From Zancudomyces culisetae HAW-14-8 (lineage: Eukaryota; Fungi; Kickxellomycota), in assembly GCA_052426225.1 (NCBI GenBank), contig JBNJNM010000012.1, forward strand, positions 2,108,001 through 2,172,000: a stretch of DNA of 64,000 bases, given 5' to 3'. How positions within the stretch are numbered: the stretch's first letter is position 1; each line of letters begins with the position of its first letter. Shown one piece after another: positions 48,323 through 59,930 of the stretch. The notes below the pieces were generated by a model. That model ran no database searches. It saw only the letters and a program-made list of their open reading frames with translations, and was not told the origin of the DNA. A program made the position numbers and the translations under genes.

Positions 48323-50397
48323 GCTTTTCTGTGTTTAAAGTCCCTTTAGCTGCTTGAACGTGGATTTTCCGTATTGTCTTTAGCTAATTTATGTTTCCTG
48401 ATGATCAAAATATTTGCTCTTCAGTGGCAATTTACTATCCTTGCTCCTGCTCTTTCTTTTTCTTTTTCTCTTACTTTCCCTTTTTTTCCCTGTCTTTCAC
48501 TTTCTCTTCTTACTTTATTATGTTACTCGTTGTATTGCAAAAGTGTTTTTCCCGAGAATAAGTAAATTACATTTCGCTGATCGAAACCGCATAACTAGTA
48601 ATTTGAACACGATACACACCTGTGTTGTTGTATATACGCCTATATTTTTGAGCGTGCTGCCTTGTGGGTATCCAAGTATATAGCCCTTTTATCTGCCACA
48701 AAGCTCTGTACCCCTCCAGGCGCACTAATGGATCCCCAATTCTGCATTTTACCAACATATGCGAACTTTAATTTTGTGTATTTGTAAATTTCAATTTTTG
48801 ATTTTCGCTTTCTCATTCGCGCTTACGTTTTTTGAATAACGTTATTGGCTCTACTGTTTCAACTAATTTTACTGAAAAAATAATAAAGTTCCACGGGATT
48901 TTTAGAACAAACTACCACAAAAATTCTCAAAACTCCTGTAGCTTTAGCATCATTATTATCTTTTTTAATTATTAGTCCATTAATTTTTTGAAAAAACTCT
49001 ATGATTTTACTGAAAACACATATAATGGGAATGACCACATGTCCCAGATGCAAAGGCGCTCAATAGTTAAGAGGGAACCTAATGAATCAATCACACCTTA
49101 ATCCATGTGTATATATCAGTCAACAAATTAGATACAAGCAGCATCCCCACAAATTTATATGTGCGCTGCATGCTCTGAGAATTATTTGCTTTGATTTTGC
49201 ACTATTGGCTGTAATAACGGAATAATCTTATAACACTTTATTGGTTTATGTATTTTAGCCAGTAGTGAACGAACCGTGGATCAGTCAGCAACCAGGTTGT
49301 TTTCAACATTTCCGTATATCCCTGTTTACTCTTATATATCGCATATGGACATTAATTGTCAACTATCATTGGTAATATTTTATGACGGGTCATATGATAA
49401 TACACCATATTCTCATAATAATCAATTGAAAGTGGATCTTTTTATATTAAAAAATCTGTTGATTGCGTTTTATTTAAAGCGTATCGAAAAATAAAGTTAA
49501 TGTTGATATATTAATGTTGATATATCACTGTCATTTTAATGTATAAGCACACGAACAAAATTAATCTTTGGCAAATTGAGTTGATGCAAACCGATTTGAA
49601 TGAAAAACACCTTTCTTTCTTTTGTAAATAACCCCATTACAATGGAAAACAGGAGAGGCTGACCTGTGGTGAATTTTACACTAAAGCTTATTAACTATCC
49701 CTAACCGCAAAAACAGCCGCCTTCCTATGAGGGCACCATGAAAGGATGGTGGGCTATTTTTTAAGCTCTTTTTTTCTCTTTTTTTTCAGTTGTTAAACCT
49801 CAATACCAAGAGTTATAGAACCTTATATCCTTCTTACAATTATTTTTGAGAAAATGAAGTAGTTAAATTAGTACCTAGCTAGGCATATTTAGTTTGAACA
49901 TATTTAGGAAGTATCGTTTTATAGGCATCTGTATAATTTTTTCAGAAAAAAAAGCAGCTCAACAGGATTGAGTCGACTCCAAGCGTGGTGGCCACATATC
50001 ACCGCAAGAATAGCTTTACGCATTTTAAAGCACGGCTTGCCTATGGACTATCTTCCTCGCTTACACAAAATTATTGGTATACCTCTCGTTGTATCAACAA
50101 GACCACTGCACTACTAAAGTATTCCCATTCATGAGATGGCACAAGCAATAGAAACAATAACATTTTCCCTTTGTACTATTGATTCCTTATTTTTGACGAT
50201 ATGACAATCCCCAGTTGTAAATCAAACATTGATACTGTGTAGTAATTGGTAGATACAACTTACTAACTCCACCCATCACACAAACTCCAAAAATAGCCCA
50301 GTATTTAATGCATGACAAAACAAATACCATTACTAGAGTTGTGTTTTCTTTTCATTCAAAATTTATTTTCAAAAGCAAATTACCACGCTTGAAGAAA

Positions 50398-51036
50398 ATG
50401 ACAATCCGAGAGGTTAATAAGGGAAAGAGAAAAGCAGATGAAGTGGAAAAAGTGAGCCACAGACAAAAAAGTCCAGAGGCTCAGAAAGCAAAGAAGGGTA
50501 CCATCTTGCTGAATCTTGTGCTAAAGATTTTATTTAGCATTTTTTTAATATCTTCTACCATGTCATATCTACTTACAGAGTCACCATTCTGGGGGTACGA
50601 AGGTTATTACACGAACTGGAGAAATTTTGTTCCAACAAAGGACATTCTTTTAACACCAGCACAACTCTCTAAATTTGATGGTTCGGATCCAAATTTGCCA
50701 ATTTACTTAAGCATAGACGGAAACATCTACGACGTAACCCTAGGGAGGCAGTGGTACGGTAAAGGGGGAAGTTATAACGTCTTTGCAGGGAGAGATTCTA
50801 GTAGAGCATTCGCGACAAACTGCTTAAGTGATGAGTCTCACTTTACTTACGATTTACGAGATTTGACACCAGAAGAACTCAAAAATTTGAATGGCTGGAA
50901 GAGATTTTATGGTAATCATCACACGTACCACAAAGTTGGCAAGTTGGTGGGATTCACCCTCGACAAGGACAGTAAGATACCAGAAAAATGCAAAACAAAG
51001 GCCATGCCCAAACCTAAACCCAAACCCAAATCATGA
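50398..51036 (+). CDS. Membrane-associated cytochrome b5-like heme/steroid-binding protein (MAPR/Dap1-like)
   Basis: One TM segment followed by LTPAQLSKFDGSDPNLPIYLSIDGNIYDVT..R.WYGKGGSYNVFAGRDSSRAFATNC. ATG 50398 is preferred; an upstream in-frame ATG exists at 50308. Confidence 0.9.
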   Translation: MTIREVNKGKRKADEVEKVSHRQKSPEAQKAKKGTILLNLVLKILFSIFLISSTMSYLLTESPFWGYEGYYTNWRNFVPTKDILLTPAQLSKFDGSDPNLPIYLSIDGNIYDVTLGRQWYGKGGSYNVFAGRDSSRAFATNCLSDESHFTYDLRDLTPEELKNLNGWKRFYGNHHTYHKVGKLVGFTLDKDSKIPEKCKTKAMPKPKPKPKS

Positions 51037-51439
51037 GCGGTATACCCTCGTGAGGTTTACCTCCTAGTCTGTCTTTATATTTCTGTAATTTGACAACCCA
51101 GTTAAACCAGGCTGTCTTTTGTTTTTTAGCCTTTCAATAAGCTCAGCATCCATCCATGCTGGGTTTTATCAATATATTTTCTCAACTTTGTCTCTTTTTA
51201 TGTGCTATGGAAAAAAGGAAAATATAGCTGTTGGTTGGCTTTTTGCCCCTATTCGCTTATTTGAGGAGAATAAAAAGGAAATCAAAGTGTTCAAAAACAT
51301 TTCCACTCACGATTTTTTCTGTTTTTTTTTGTTTTCTCATTATCAAAGCAAAAAATAAATAAAAGATAACCAGTACTCCGAAGTTTACCCTCATCAGAAA
51401 CTATTATTCCGTACCAGTCAATATACATTTTAAGGCATA

Positions 51440-52078
51440 ATGAACTTCAGGCACCTTTTTTGTAATAATAACAAATTTATTAGTCAGGTTCTCAGGCGAA
51501 CTTACAAAACGAGTGTCAACAGCGTCAAAGTGGGTCAAGTCATCGAAATTAATGGCAAAGCCTCGATATTTTTGGGAAAAGAGGTAGGGGGGACTGGAAG
51601 AGGTGGCTCTGTATTAAAGATTTCACTAAAAGACCCCGTCACCGGAGGTAAAAGCAACTTAAGGGTACACGGAAACGATCCTGTAGAGGTGCTACTACTT
51701 AGACAGATTGAGTACCAATATCTGTACAGCTTTGAAAACAAGGTCAATCTGATGAACATGTCAACATTTGAGGAACTAAGTCTGTCGCAAGATATGATTG
51801 AGGGAGGCAAAAATAATTTAAATCTACTGACTGATGGGATGCCAATCACAGTTCAGTCGCTAGAGCCAGAACCTGGCCCTATTTCATTCAGGCTGCCAGC
51901 CAGATACAAGTATAAGATCGAGAAGATCAATAGACGCACGGCCCAAGATAAAGGAACTACATACAATCCTGCATTTATTAATGATGGAAAGGTGGAAGTT
52001 AAGGTTCCAGAATTTATCGATGAGGGAGAAGAAGTTATTATAGATTTAGCAACCAAAGAATATGTATCTAGAGATTAA
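51440..52078 (+). CDS. efp: Bacterial-type translation elongation factor P, predicted mitochondrial
   Basis: Three-domain EF-P architecture: KOW-like domain I (NSVKVGQVIEING...GTGRGGS...LKDPVTG), OB domain II (YQYLYS....LMNMSTFEEL) and domain III (YNPAFINDGKVEVKVPEFIDEGEEVIIDLATKEYVSR). The ~22-aa N-terminus has no acidic residues and ends RRTY, like a presequence. Intronless. Confidence 0.9.
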   Translation: MNFRHLFCNNNKFISQVLRRTYKTSVNSVKVGQVIEINGKASIFLGKEVGGTGRGGSVLKISLKDPVTGGKSNLRVHGNDPVEVLLLRQIEYQYLYSFENKVNLMNMSTFEELSLSQDMIEGGKNNLNLLTDGMPITVQSLEPEPGPISFRLPARYKYKIEKINRRTAQDKGTTYNPAFINDGKVEVKVPEFIDEGEEVIIDLATKEYVSRD

Positions 52079-53054
52079 ACTTGATGGCGTGTATTAGCTT
52101 ATAAATAAATGGGGAGAAAAACGGTAAAACGTGCTTATTAGCGGTTTGTGCAACTTGAGTACAGGTAAACCTTCTTTAGATCAAAAGGGTTGTTCTTATT
52201 CGATGCTATACATTCTTTTGACACATGCACATAAAATTAACGAAGGTTATATCATTTGCCATTGATTCTGGTTGATGTTCAGGAAAGTGGAAAAATGAGG
52301 TAATATAGGAAACCAAAACTTTGTGCTTCTCCTTCATTTCCCAGAATCTACCAACTTTAACCACGTCACTAGCCCCCCACCCCCACCCCTTATATATTCG
52401 TAATTACAATTTATACCTCCCCCTTCTTCTCTCTCCTCTAATTCTTCTTTTGAGGAGAGCGTGACTTTCACATAAAAAGCTCATTTTGGTCCACCCCCAA
52501 GTCCTCAACCATTTTTCGTGAAGCTAAAAATGTAACAAAAAAGGGAGGGGGCAAATGGCTAAATGAAACCTGAAAAAATGGCGGGAAAATAAAACGAAGC
52601 AAAGTTGCACGTTCATGTGATTTGCTGACTATGACTAAAGAATGATTCATTTGCCGAGATAGCTCGGCAATTTTTGTTTTATTTTTGGGAACTTGCAGTG
52701 CTAACCATGCTATTGGCTAACTATAGTTCTTCGAGTTTACATAGCTTTTTCGTTTTTTGCGTAAAAATGACCACATAAAACTAATGTTCTCAAGTATCTT
52801 TCTTCATTTTCAACACCGCCTAGTTGAGGAATACACTGGTTTACCCTGACAATGCAATTTCAATTTAGGCTGGCTTGAAAAAAAAAACATTTCAAATACA
52901 CGCTTTAGTTCACTAACATTATATCCACATACCTATTTACATATATATCCACATATATCTTTTTACATTTACATATCGGGTTAAATCAAATGAATATATG
53001 CAAATACAACCAGACAACAACTTGAGAAATACAAAACTAAAACAACTTTGAAAA

Positions 53055-53508
53055 ATGTCTACCACAAACGGTTACAAGACATTTTTAGCGCTTGGAATGC
53101 TCCTTACGGGAACATTGAATACCATCTTTACAAAATTCCAGGATAAAATATGCGTTGAAAACTGTAGCGATCCAGATCCAAGAAATCACAAAGAATTCAA
53201 CCAACCAGTATGGCAAACACTAAACATGTTTATTGGTGAGATACTATGTATGGTTGTGTTTTATGCTATACAATTATATACTAGCTACAAGAATAATAGG
53301 GATGGATACAATGAAATTGCACAACCTTCTCGTCCAGAACCACGGGATATCGAGGTAATGTCGCAGCACTCAGATAACCTAATTGGTTTGGGCGAAGAGG
53401 GATCAGCTTTAGCGATTGAAAAGCGAGAACTTACTGGCCTTGCCACATTCTATATGTGGTTTCCAGCAGCATTTGATATTATTGGAACAACAGTAAGTCG
53501 TGCATAAT

Positions 53509-53539
<31 letters not shown>

Positions 53540-54483
53540 CAGCTTGTTCTGTCCTGTTTATCTAGTCTCTGTTGGATTTAACAGATATATCTGAATATTT
53601 TTAAATAGTTGCTTAATGTTGGACTTATATATACAACAGCATCTGTTTACCAAATGTTACGAGGTGTTGTGGTAATTTTTACCGGATTTTTTTCAGTTGT
53701 ATTTCTGAAAGCAAAACTAACTAGATCTCAATGGATTTCGTTATTTTTGATTATGCTTGGCGCATCAATTGTTGGTATAAGCAGTATACATAACGCAGAT
53801 CAAGCAAACAGCCTTAGTGCAGATTTTAGCAAATCGTTTGTAGGCGTTGTGATTGTGCTTTTAGCACAGATATTCGGTGCATTTCAGTTTATAGTCGAAG
53901 AAAAGGTTCTAACAGATTACTCTGTTCAGCCTTTGAGAGGTGTTGGATTGGAAGGTATTTTTGGCGCAGTAACCGTTACAGCTCTTATTCCAATTCTTCA
54001 TTACAAGTTTGGTGTGTCAGACCCAGGTGGCTTCTTTGATGCAGGGACTGCAATAGATCAAATTCTCAACAACGCAAGTGTGCTGCGCTTATGCTTTTAT
54101 ATAATGCTTTCAATCGCGTTCTTTAATTGGTTTGGGCTGTCTGTAACGAAAACCATGAGTGCCACATCCCGTACGACAATTGATGCCTGCAGGTAAGCGC
54201 TTTCCTGATTATTTTCCTGGGCCCTACCATTTTCGCTACATTTATCCACATTTTTTTTACTGTCAACTAAAAATTAAGGCCAATTTTCTCGTATAAGATT
54301 TAGAAAATAACACAGTTAATAACGCAAATTTGCTGTTTTTTATCAAACTATAGAACTCTGTCGATCTGGCTTTTCAGTCTATTTTTGGGATGGGAGTCGT
54401 TCGTATTTCTACAATTCTGCGGATTTTGCGTATTAATATATGGAACCTTTTTGTACAACGGAATTATCAGCTCCCCGTTTTGA
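53055..54483 (+). CDS. SLC35F6-like nucleotide-sugar/DMT-superfamily transporter (3 exons)
   Basis: Exons 53055-53492, 53609-54192, 54354-54483. Motifs GMLLTGTLNTIFTKFQD, FNQPVWQTLNMFIGE, PAAFDIIGTT|LLNVGL, ASVYQMLRG, QFIVEEK, VGLEGIFG and SATSRTTIDACR|TLSIW. Confidence 0.9.
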
Positions 54484-55005
54484 GCCTTGCACCTTTATAG
54501 CAGTGACCTGTCATTTTCGTGTGAATGGAAATCCATATCTATATATTTTTCTTTTAATAGCTGTACTCATTATACTCCTGTTTTCCAAATAAAAAGCTAC
54601 CAGTAAAAATAAGTATACTATTATACGCCCAGAGCGACAAATTAAATTGGATGTGCATCCGCATTAAAGTTATATATGCTGCACAAACCACACTAAATAA
54701 TGCAACACACATCAGTATAGAGTCAACCACTTCCCAGCAGGACCTTCACGGCCTTCAATCTCAAACCCTTCTCCCCCCTCCCGCCCCCTGCACCTCACCC
54801 TTACAAAGAAAACAATCCACACATGCAACCAAATACCGGGAAAAGTAATTTATTAATACAGAGTTGTTGAAGCTATGAATTCGACAAAAAAGGATAGTGT
54901 AAAGAGTATAAATGTCTATAAAACCAACCAACAAAAAGGCAAAAAAAAGTAATAAAAAGATAGTATACTATCTGGAAGCTGAAAAATACATGTACGAGAC
55001 TTGGC

Positions 55006-55491
55006 TTAGTTGGGCCGTGCCTGGAGTGACTTCTTCTTCCGATAATCATTTATTGCGGATTTTATTGCGTCTTCAGCAAGCATAGAGCAATGTAGTTTTA
55101 CCGGTGGGAGGCAAAGGTCCTTGGCTATATCTGTGTTTCTAATATTCTTTGCTTCATCGAGTTTCATTCCCTTGACCATTTCAGATGCATAGCTAGACGA
55201 AGCGATCGCTGACCCGCATCCAAATGTCTTGAATTTGACATCAACTATTTTTCCATTGTCATCGACCTTAATCTGGAGACGCATAACGTCACCACATGCT
55301 GGTGCTCCGACGAGGCCTGTGCCGACGTTGGGATCGTTTTTGTCCAAAGTGCCCACGTTTCTTGGGTTTTCATAGTGATCATGAACCCTTTCGTGGTAGG
55401 CCCTAACCAAACTAGCACCATTGCCCGAGACCGCGGTTCTTACTCCGCTGCTGGATCTCAATACTGATCTACTCAAAGCCCGAAAAATCAT
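55006..55491 (-). CDS. ISU1: Mitochondrial iron-sulfur cluster scaffold protein
   Basis: DHYENPRNVG, GAPACGDVMRLQI, FKTFGCGSAIASS and LPPVKLHCSMLAEDAI; Arg/Ser-rich presequence. Confidence 0.97.
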   Translation of the reverse strand: MIFRALSRSVLRSSSGVRTAVSGNGASLVRAYHERVHDHYENPRNVGTLDKNDPNVGTGLVGAPACGDVMRLQIKVDDNGKIVDVKFKTFGCGSAIASSSYASEMVKGMKLDEAKNIRNTDIAKDLCLPPVKLHCSMLAEDAIKSAINDYRKKKSLQARPN

Positions 55492-58400
55492 TTTGTTCTC
55501 TTTTATGTTTTAGTTACCAGTATGAACACTTTTTGTGTTTTTATTTTTTTGCTAAGCTATAAAGAAAACTTTCTAGAGAACTTGAGGAAAGAAAGCGGTA
55601 TTTATTTGTTTTTTTAAATCGCACTTCAAGTTGGCTAAGTTGCAGAAATTTTTTTTTATCGGCTTCTAATTTCTAGAGCAATACTCGTTTTCTTTGTTTT
55701 GTTTGCATAATGACCATTTTGATAACGATAAATAAATACGAAGAAGAGAAAGGCATGTACAGCATATAACCCGCTATCTGATTAAAAACTACTCAACTCA
55801 GTATTGGCTGAATTTGTAAAAATCTACTAACTTTAATAATTTTCATAGATTATTTTCATTAAAAAAAATTTTTTCAAGAAAGCAGCAAGTAATTATCCCC
55901 CTGTTGCATGAAAAAAAAAAACTACCATTCCTATTTATGTAGTAAAGCTGGGGAGGTGCCTAGATTTCAGCAATCACTGTCGGTTATTTGGTGTTCTCTC
56001 AAGTTCTTTTCAGTCACATTTTAAAATTGAAACATTTTATCAGATAATTTGCAGGTTTAACACATGCAAATGCCTATTGGTCATTTTATTTAAGAATTGC
56101 GAATTGTTGGCAATTAATCAGATAACCAACCACTGAGCCTGAAAATCGAAAACAATTGAAAATTGTCTGAAAGCCAATAGCTGTACTTTAACTGCGACAG
56201 TGCTTTCCAAACCCCAACGATTCTATCTGCTAATGATATTTACTCCTGACTCCTTTTTTCGCTCGCTTAAATTTATTAGTAATCTCGGTTAAAGTCCAAG
56301 CAGTAACTGTTGAATTTTTATTGTTCATTTTGTCTAAAAATGAGCAGGTGACGTTCATGCCACTCGATGTGACCAACCAAAATAAATTCCACATATATGT
56401 ACAGCCTATGAGCACTGTGGGCGTAATCTGATAGTGAGGCCCAACATGGCAAATATATACAACTACGCTTCTTAAAGCAACATGCGCTCGAATTATGTAA
56501 TATCAAGTAAATATACAAAACCAAGCGCATTTGAAGAACCTTTGAATATGATCAAACTCATTGCGAGGAAAAATTCCAGGCACAATCCAGATCAGAGGTA
56601 TGTTTACTTTGAGCGTTCCGTGTTTAGTCCTTAATGTATGAACAACCTTTTTGCACAATCCAGTCCGTGAATTTGAACATAAAGACACACTTTCTCTCCA
56701 ACACCTTTCCCCCAATTCAGTGCTTGATTTAATTTTTTTTTTGCTCGATGAATTAATTGAGTGCCCGCAGATCTTACAACATCATTCCCATCATTTTATT
56801 CAATTTTCATTTTGCTCTTCTACCTTCCACAGTATAAAGTGTACACCTACTTTTAGAGCGGGGTAGAACATCAGAATACAGGATATCATCGTTTGGTGTA
56901 TTGCCAACAAGTAGCTTCCATCTTGATTTCATGAGCTTACAATAATTTTGGTTGTACTCGTGCTAATTTGAACTCACGGAAAACGGACTGTTATATAAAT
57001 ATTCATTTTTACAAGGCGATGTCTATGGTATTGGTGAACTATAAACTTCATTTTTTTCATCTCTCATATTATTAATATTAGTTATTTATCATAGTCATAT
57101 GGAAAGGACCCAGGCTTTTACAGTCCGAGAGGAATTGGTTTTCCTACAGGCCTTGGTTTGATATTATTTTCATATATAGGAGATATTGAAGGACCTAAGA
57201 GGGAAGGGCAGTCGTTTTTTCAGAGATGGTAATCTTAGGACATTATTTGGATATAAATTGGATATTACATTGTAATACTATTATATTGCCATTATTGAAT
57301 AAGCAAGCATAATAAATGGACATAAAATATTCGATTTCAAGCCTATTAACAGAGCCACAAAAAACTATCTTTTTTTTGCACCTGTAATAGTCTCGGAAAT
57401 CGGTAAAGTAAAATTAATGGGCAGGTGAGTAGAATGCTTTGTTTATGAAGAAAGTCTCATGAAAAAAACGTGGGCAACAAATCTACCAATTTTGAAAAGT
57501 AATAGCGTGAGTTCATTTGACAATGCAAATCTGTAAAGAATCTTATTGAAATTAGCTGCATACTAATGTAAAGCAAAAATAAACTACCACTAAAATAAAA
57601 ACTTAGTACTAATACAACGAGTTGATAACAATCATACAATTATTTAGCACAAACTCCAGAAGTGCTATTTTATACATCTTGCAATATATATTCTGTTTAT
57701 ACAAAATCAAGAAGTATTGCTATTCCCGTTCGATTGTATTTTCTTCCGGGGTGGGTTTTCTTGTCCTAATAGGAATATCACGTTGTGATGCCATTTTGCG
57801 CTGTTTGTTACTATACACCTTGGGTTTATAGAGCTGCTGCTGTGATTACTTTTGCTATTGCGACCGTATATGTGCCTGCACTTGTGCCTCTGGTTGACCT
57901 TTGAGTGTTACTTTTTGGGTTTTATGCAAGTATTACCGGAATATACTAAGTAGCTTATTGACAATTTATTGTATGATGCGCTAGATTTCTTTTCTGACCT
58001 ATGGTTTCCAAGTACAAAGTCACCAAAGTATCTTGTATAGTCTTAAGTAAGACTCCGAGAATATATATATTTTTCTTTGGTTTATGTTGATTAGAATGGA
58101 TGAACTGTTGTAGGGCCGTCTCAAAACCAAACTATTTATACTTTTTTTTTTTACTACTTGGATACTCTATTTCTTCTCATTCCCGAATAATATTTACGCA
58201 CTGTTTATTTATTGCTTTTTTGTTTATTTATGGATACCCTCAGTTTTACCAAAACTGAAAGTGTTTACACCTATTTCAAAACTTTATTATAAATTGGAAC
58301 ATTTAATTACATTTACAACATTATTTTGGGTTTGAATCGAACCTTATTGTTCCAAGTATATAGATTTGATTGTTTTTATTGGCAGAGTTGGTTTATTGTT

Positions 58401-59813
58401 TAAAACTACCTCTGTCAATTAGCAGACCATTTCGAAAAAAACAAACAAAAAATGTGAATTTTAAAACCTGTTTTTTTTTGTTTTTAATAGAAGCAGAAAT
58501 ACCTGGTTTTTTTCGTTACACTCTATGATTATTATTACGCATAATTTTGAATTGCAAGGGTTTAATGCGCTAAAAACAGTGCAATTACTAATCTGGCCCT
58601 TCCTTTAGCCTTACATTTAGCGAAATGACAACAAACTGAACTTGAATTGTATTTGTACAAAGCATAATACTGACTGTAATAACCAATATCAACAAAAGGT
58701 ACAGCTTAATTATGGCTCCAAAATACGCCAAATTGGTCATTACCGATTTAATTGATGTTCCAGAAAAATGTCAATCAGTTTATAATTGCAATGAAAATGC
58801 AACTCTCGCACAATTTTAACACTAGTTGATAAATTATAGACCCAAAGTCGATCCACAAAATAGTATTAGAATAGTACCTGAATCTACCCATGGTATTAAC
58901 GTCGCATCTCACTTTTAAAAGGTCATTATGCCGGGTAAAAACAGTTGACTGTAAATTTATATTTCTGCAAATGCTATGATTATCACAACGAATTCCGCTA
59001 ATATATTTATTCTTTCAACACAAAAGGGATTTCCTAAATAGATACAAAACAGTTGAATTTCACCCACCCATCACACTGATTGCAAATTATGTGGCTAGAA
59101 ATAGAACATACGTGTTTTTGATATACCTTCCAACTCAGCCTGTCCGTTTATCAAAACAAAAGAACTATATGCTTTAGACGCCAAGTGATTATGGGCCATA
59201 AGCATTCTGTCAAATCAAAACATTGCACTATTTTTTTACATTCGCTCATTGTGTTTGTTTATTCATTCTAGACAAAGGCGTGAGTTTTTGCTCACGTGTG
59301 CTGATTCTTTTATGATGTGTGCTCAACAAAACGATAGTGAAAATATGAGTCTGAAGGTGTGTGTAAGGTAATAGTGTATATATAGATTTGGATAATGTCA
59401 TTTTCAACGTAAAAGCGCGTGAATTATAAAAAATAGATTTCTTTGATTTTGACTCTGACATTAAATGTGGATGCAGGGCAGAAACAAAGAAAATAACACT
59501 GATGTTGAAGTTCTGTATGTCAGTTAAAAAACACCCTTTCTTCTCTGGAAATTTACGCGGAGGAATATTTATAGAAACTGTCAATGGTTAAACACATGTA
59601 GTACCAATACTCACTGTTAATTGGATAGATACCAATTAGTTGATTTATATTTGATAGTGGTGTTAATGTTACCGCGTTTGCCTCGCCTTTTAATTTAGAT
59701 GCACATATACGCTTGAAACTGCATTTGAAAATCACTTGTCAATATAAATGATTTACATCAAATATAATAAACATTAAAAAAATATGAATGGGAAAATGGG
59801 AACTGGGAAAACA

Positions 59814-59930
59814 AAATAGAAAGAGAAAGAGAAAGAAAAAGAGAAAGAGAAAAAGAAAGAGAAAGAGAAAAAGAAAAAGAAAAAGAAAGAAAAAGAAAAA
59901 GAAAAAGAGAAAGAGAAAAAGAAAGAGAAA
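59814..59930 (+). repeat. Polypurine (AAAGAG/AAAAAG)n simple repeat
   Basis: About 115 nt of almost pure A/G hexamer units. It generates the spurious poly-KR and poly-FL ORFs in the track. Confidence 0.9.

Noticed and set aside
51440-52078. eIF5A or bacterial contamination as the explanation for the EF-P ORF
   Set aside because: It has domain III and lacks the hypusine motif. It sits among fungal genes of similar composition and has a presequence-like extension.
52651-52676. Rho-independent terminator (hairpin plus T-run)
   Set aside because: The context is eukaryotic nuclear DNA, ~570 bp from the nearest stop codon. It is kept only as a possible TF site.
50398-55491. Functional heme/Fe-S/mitochondrial gene cluster (MAPR, EF-P, ISU1)
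   Set aside because: These are housekeeping genes in mixed orientation with no shared motif seen; the adjacency is probably chance.
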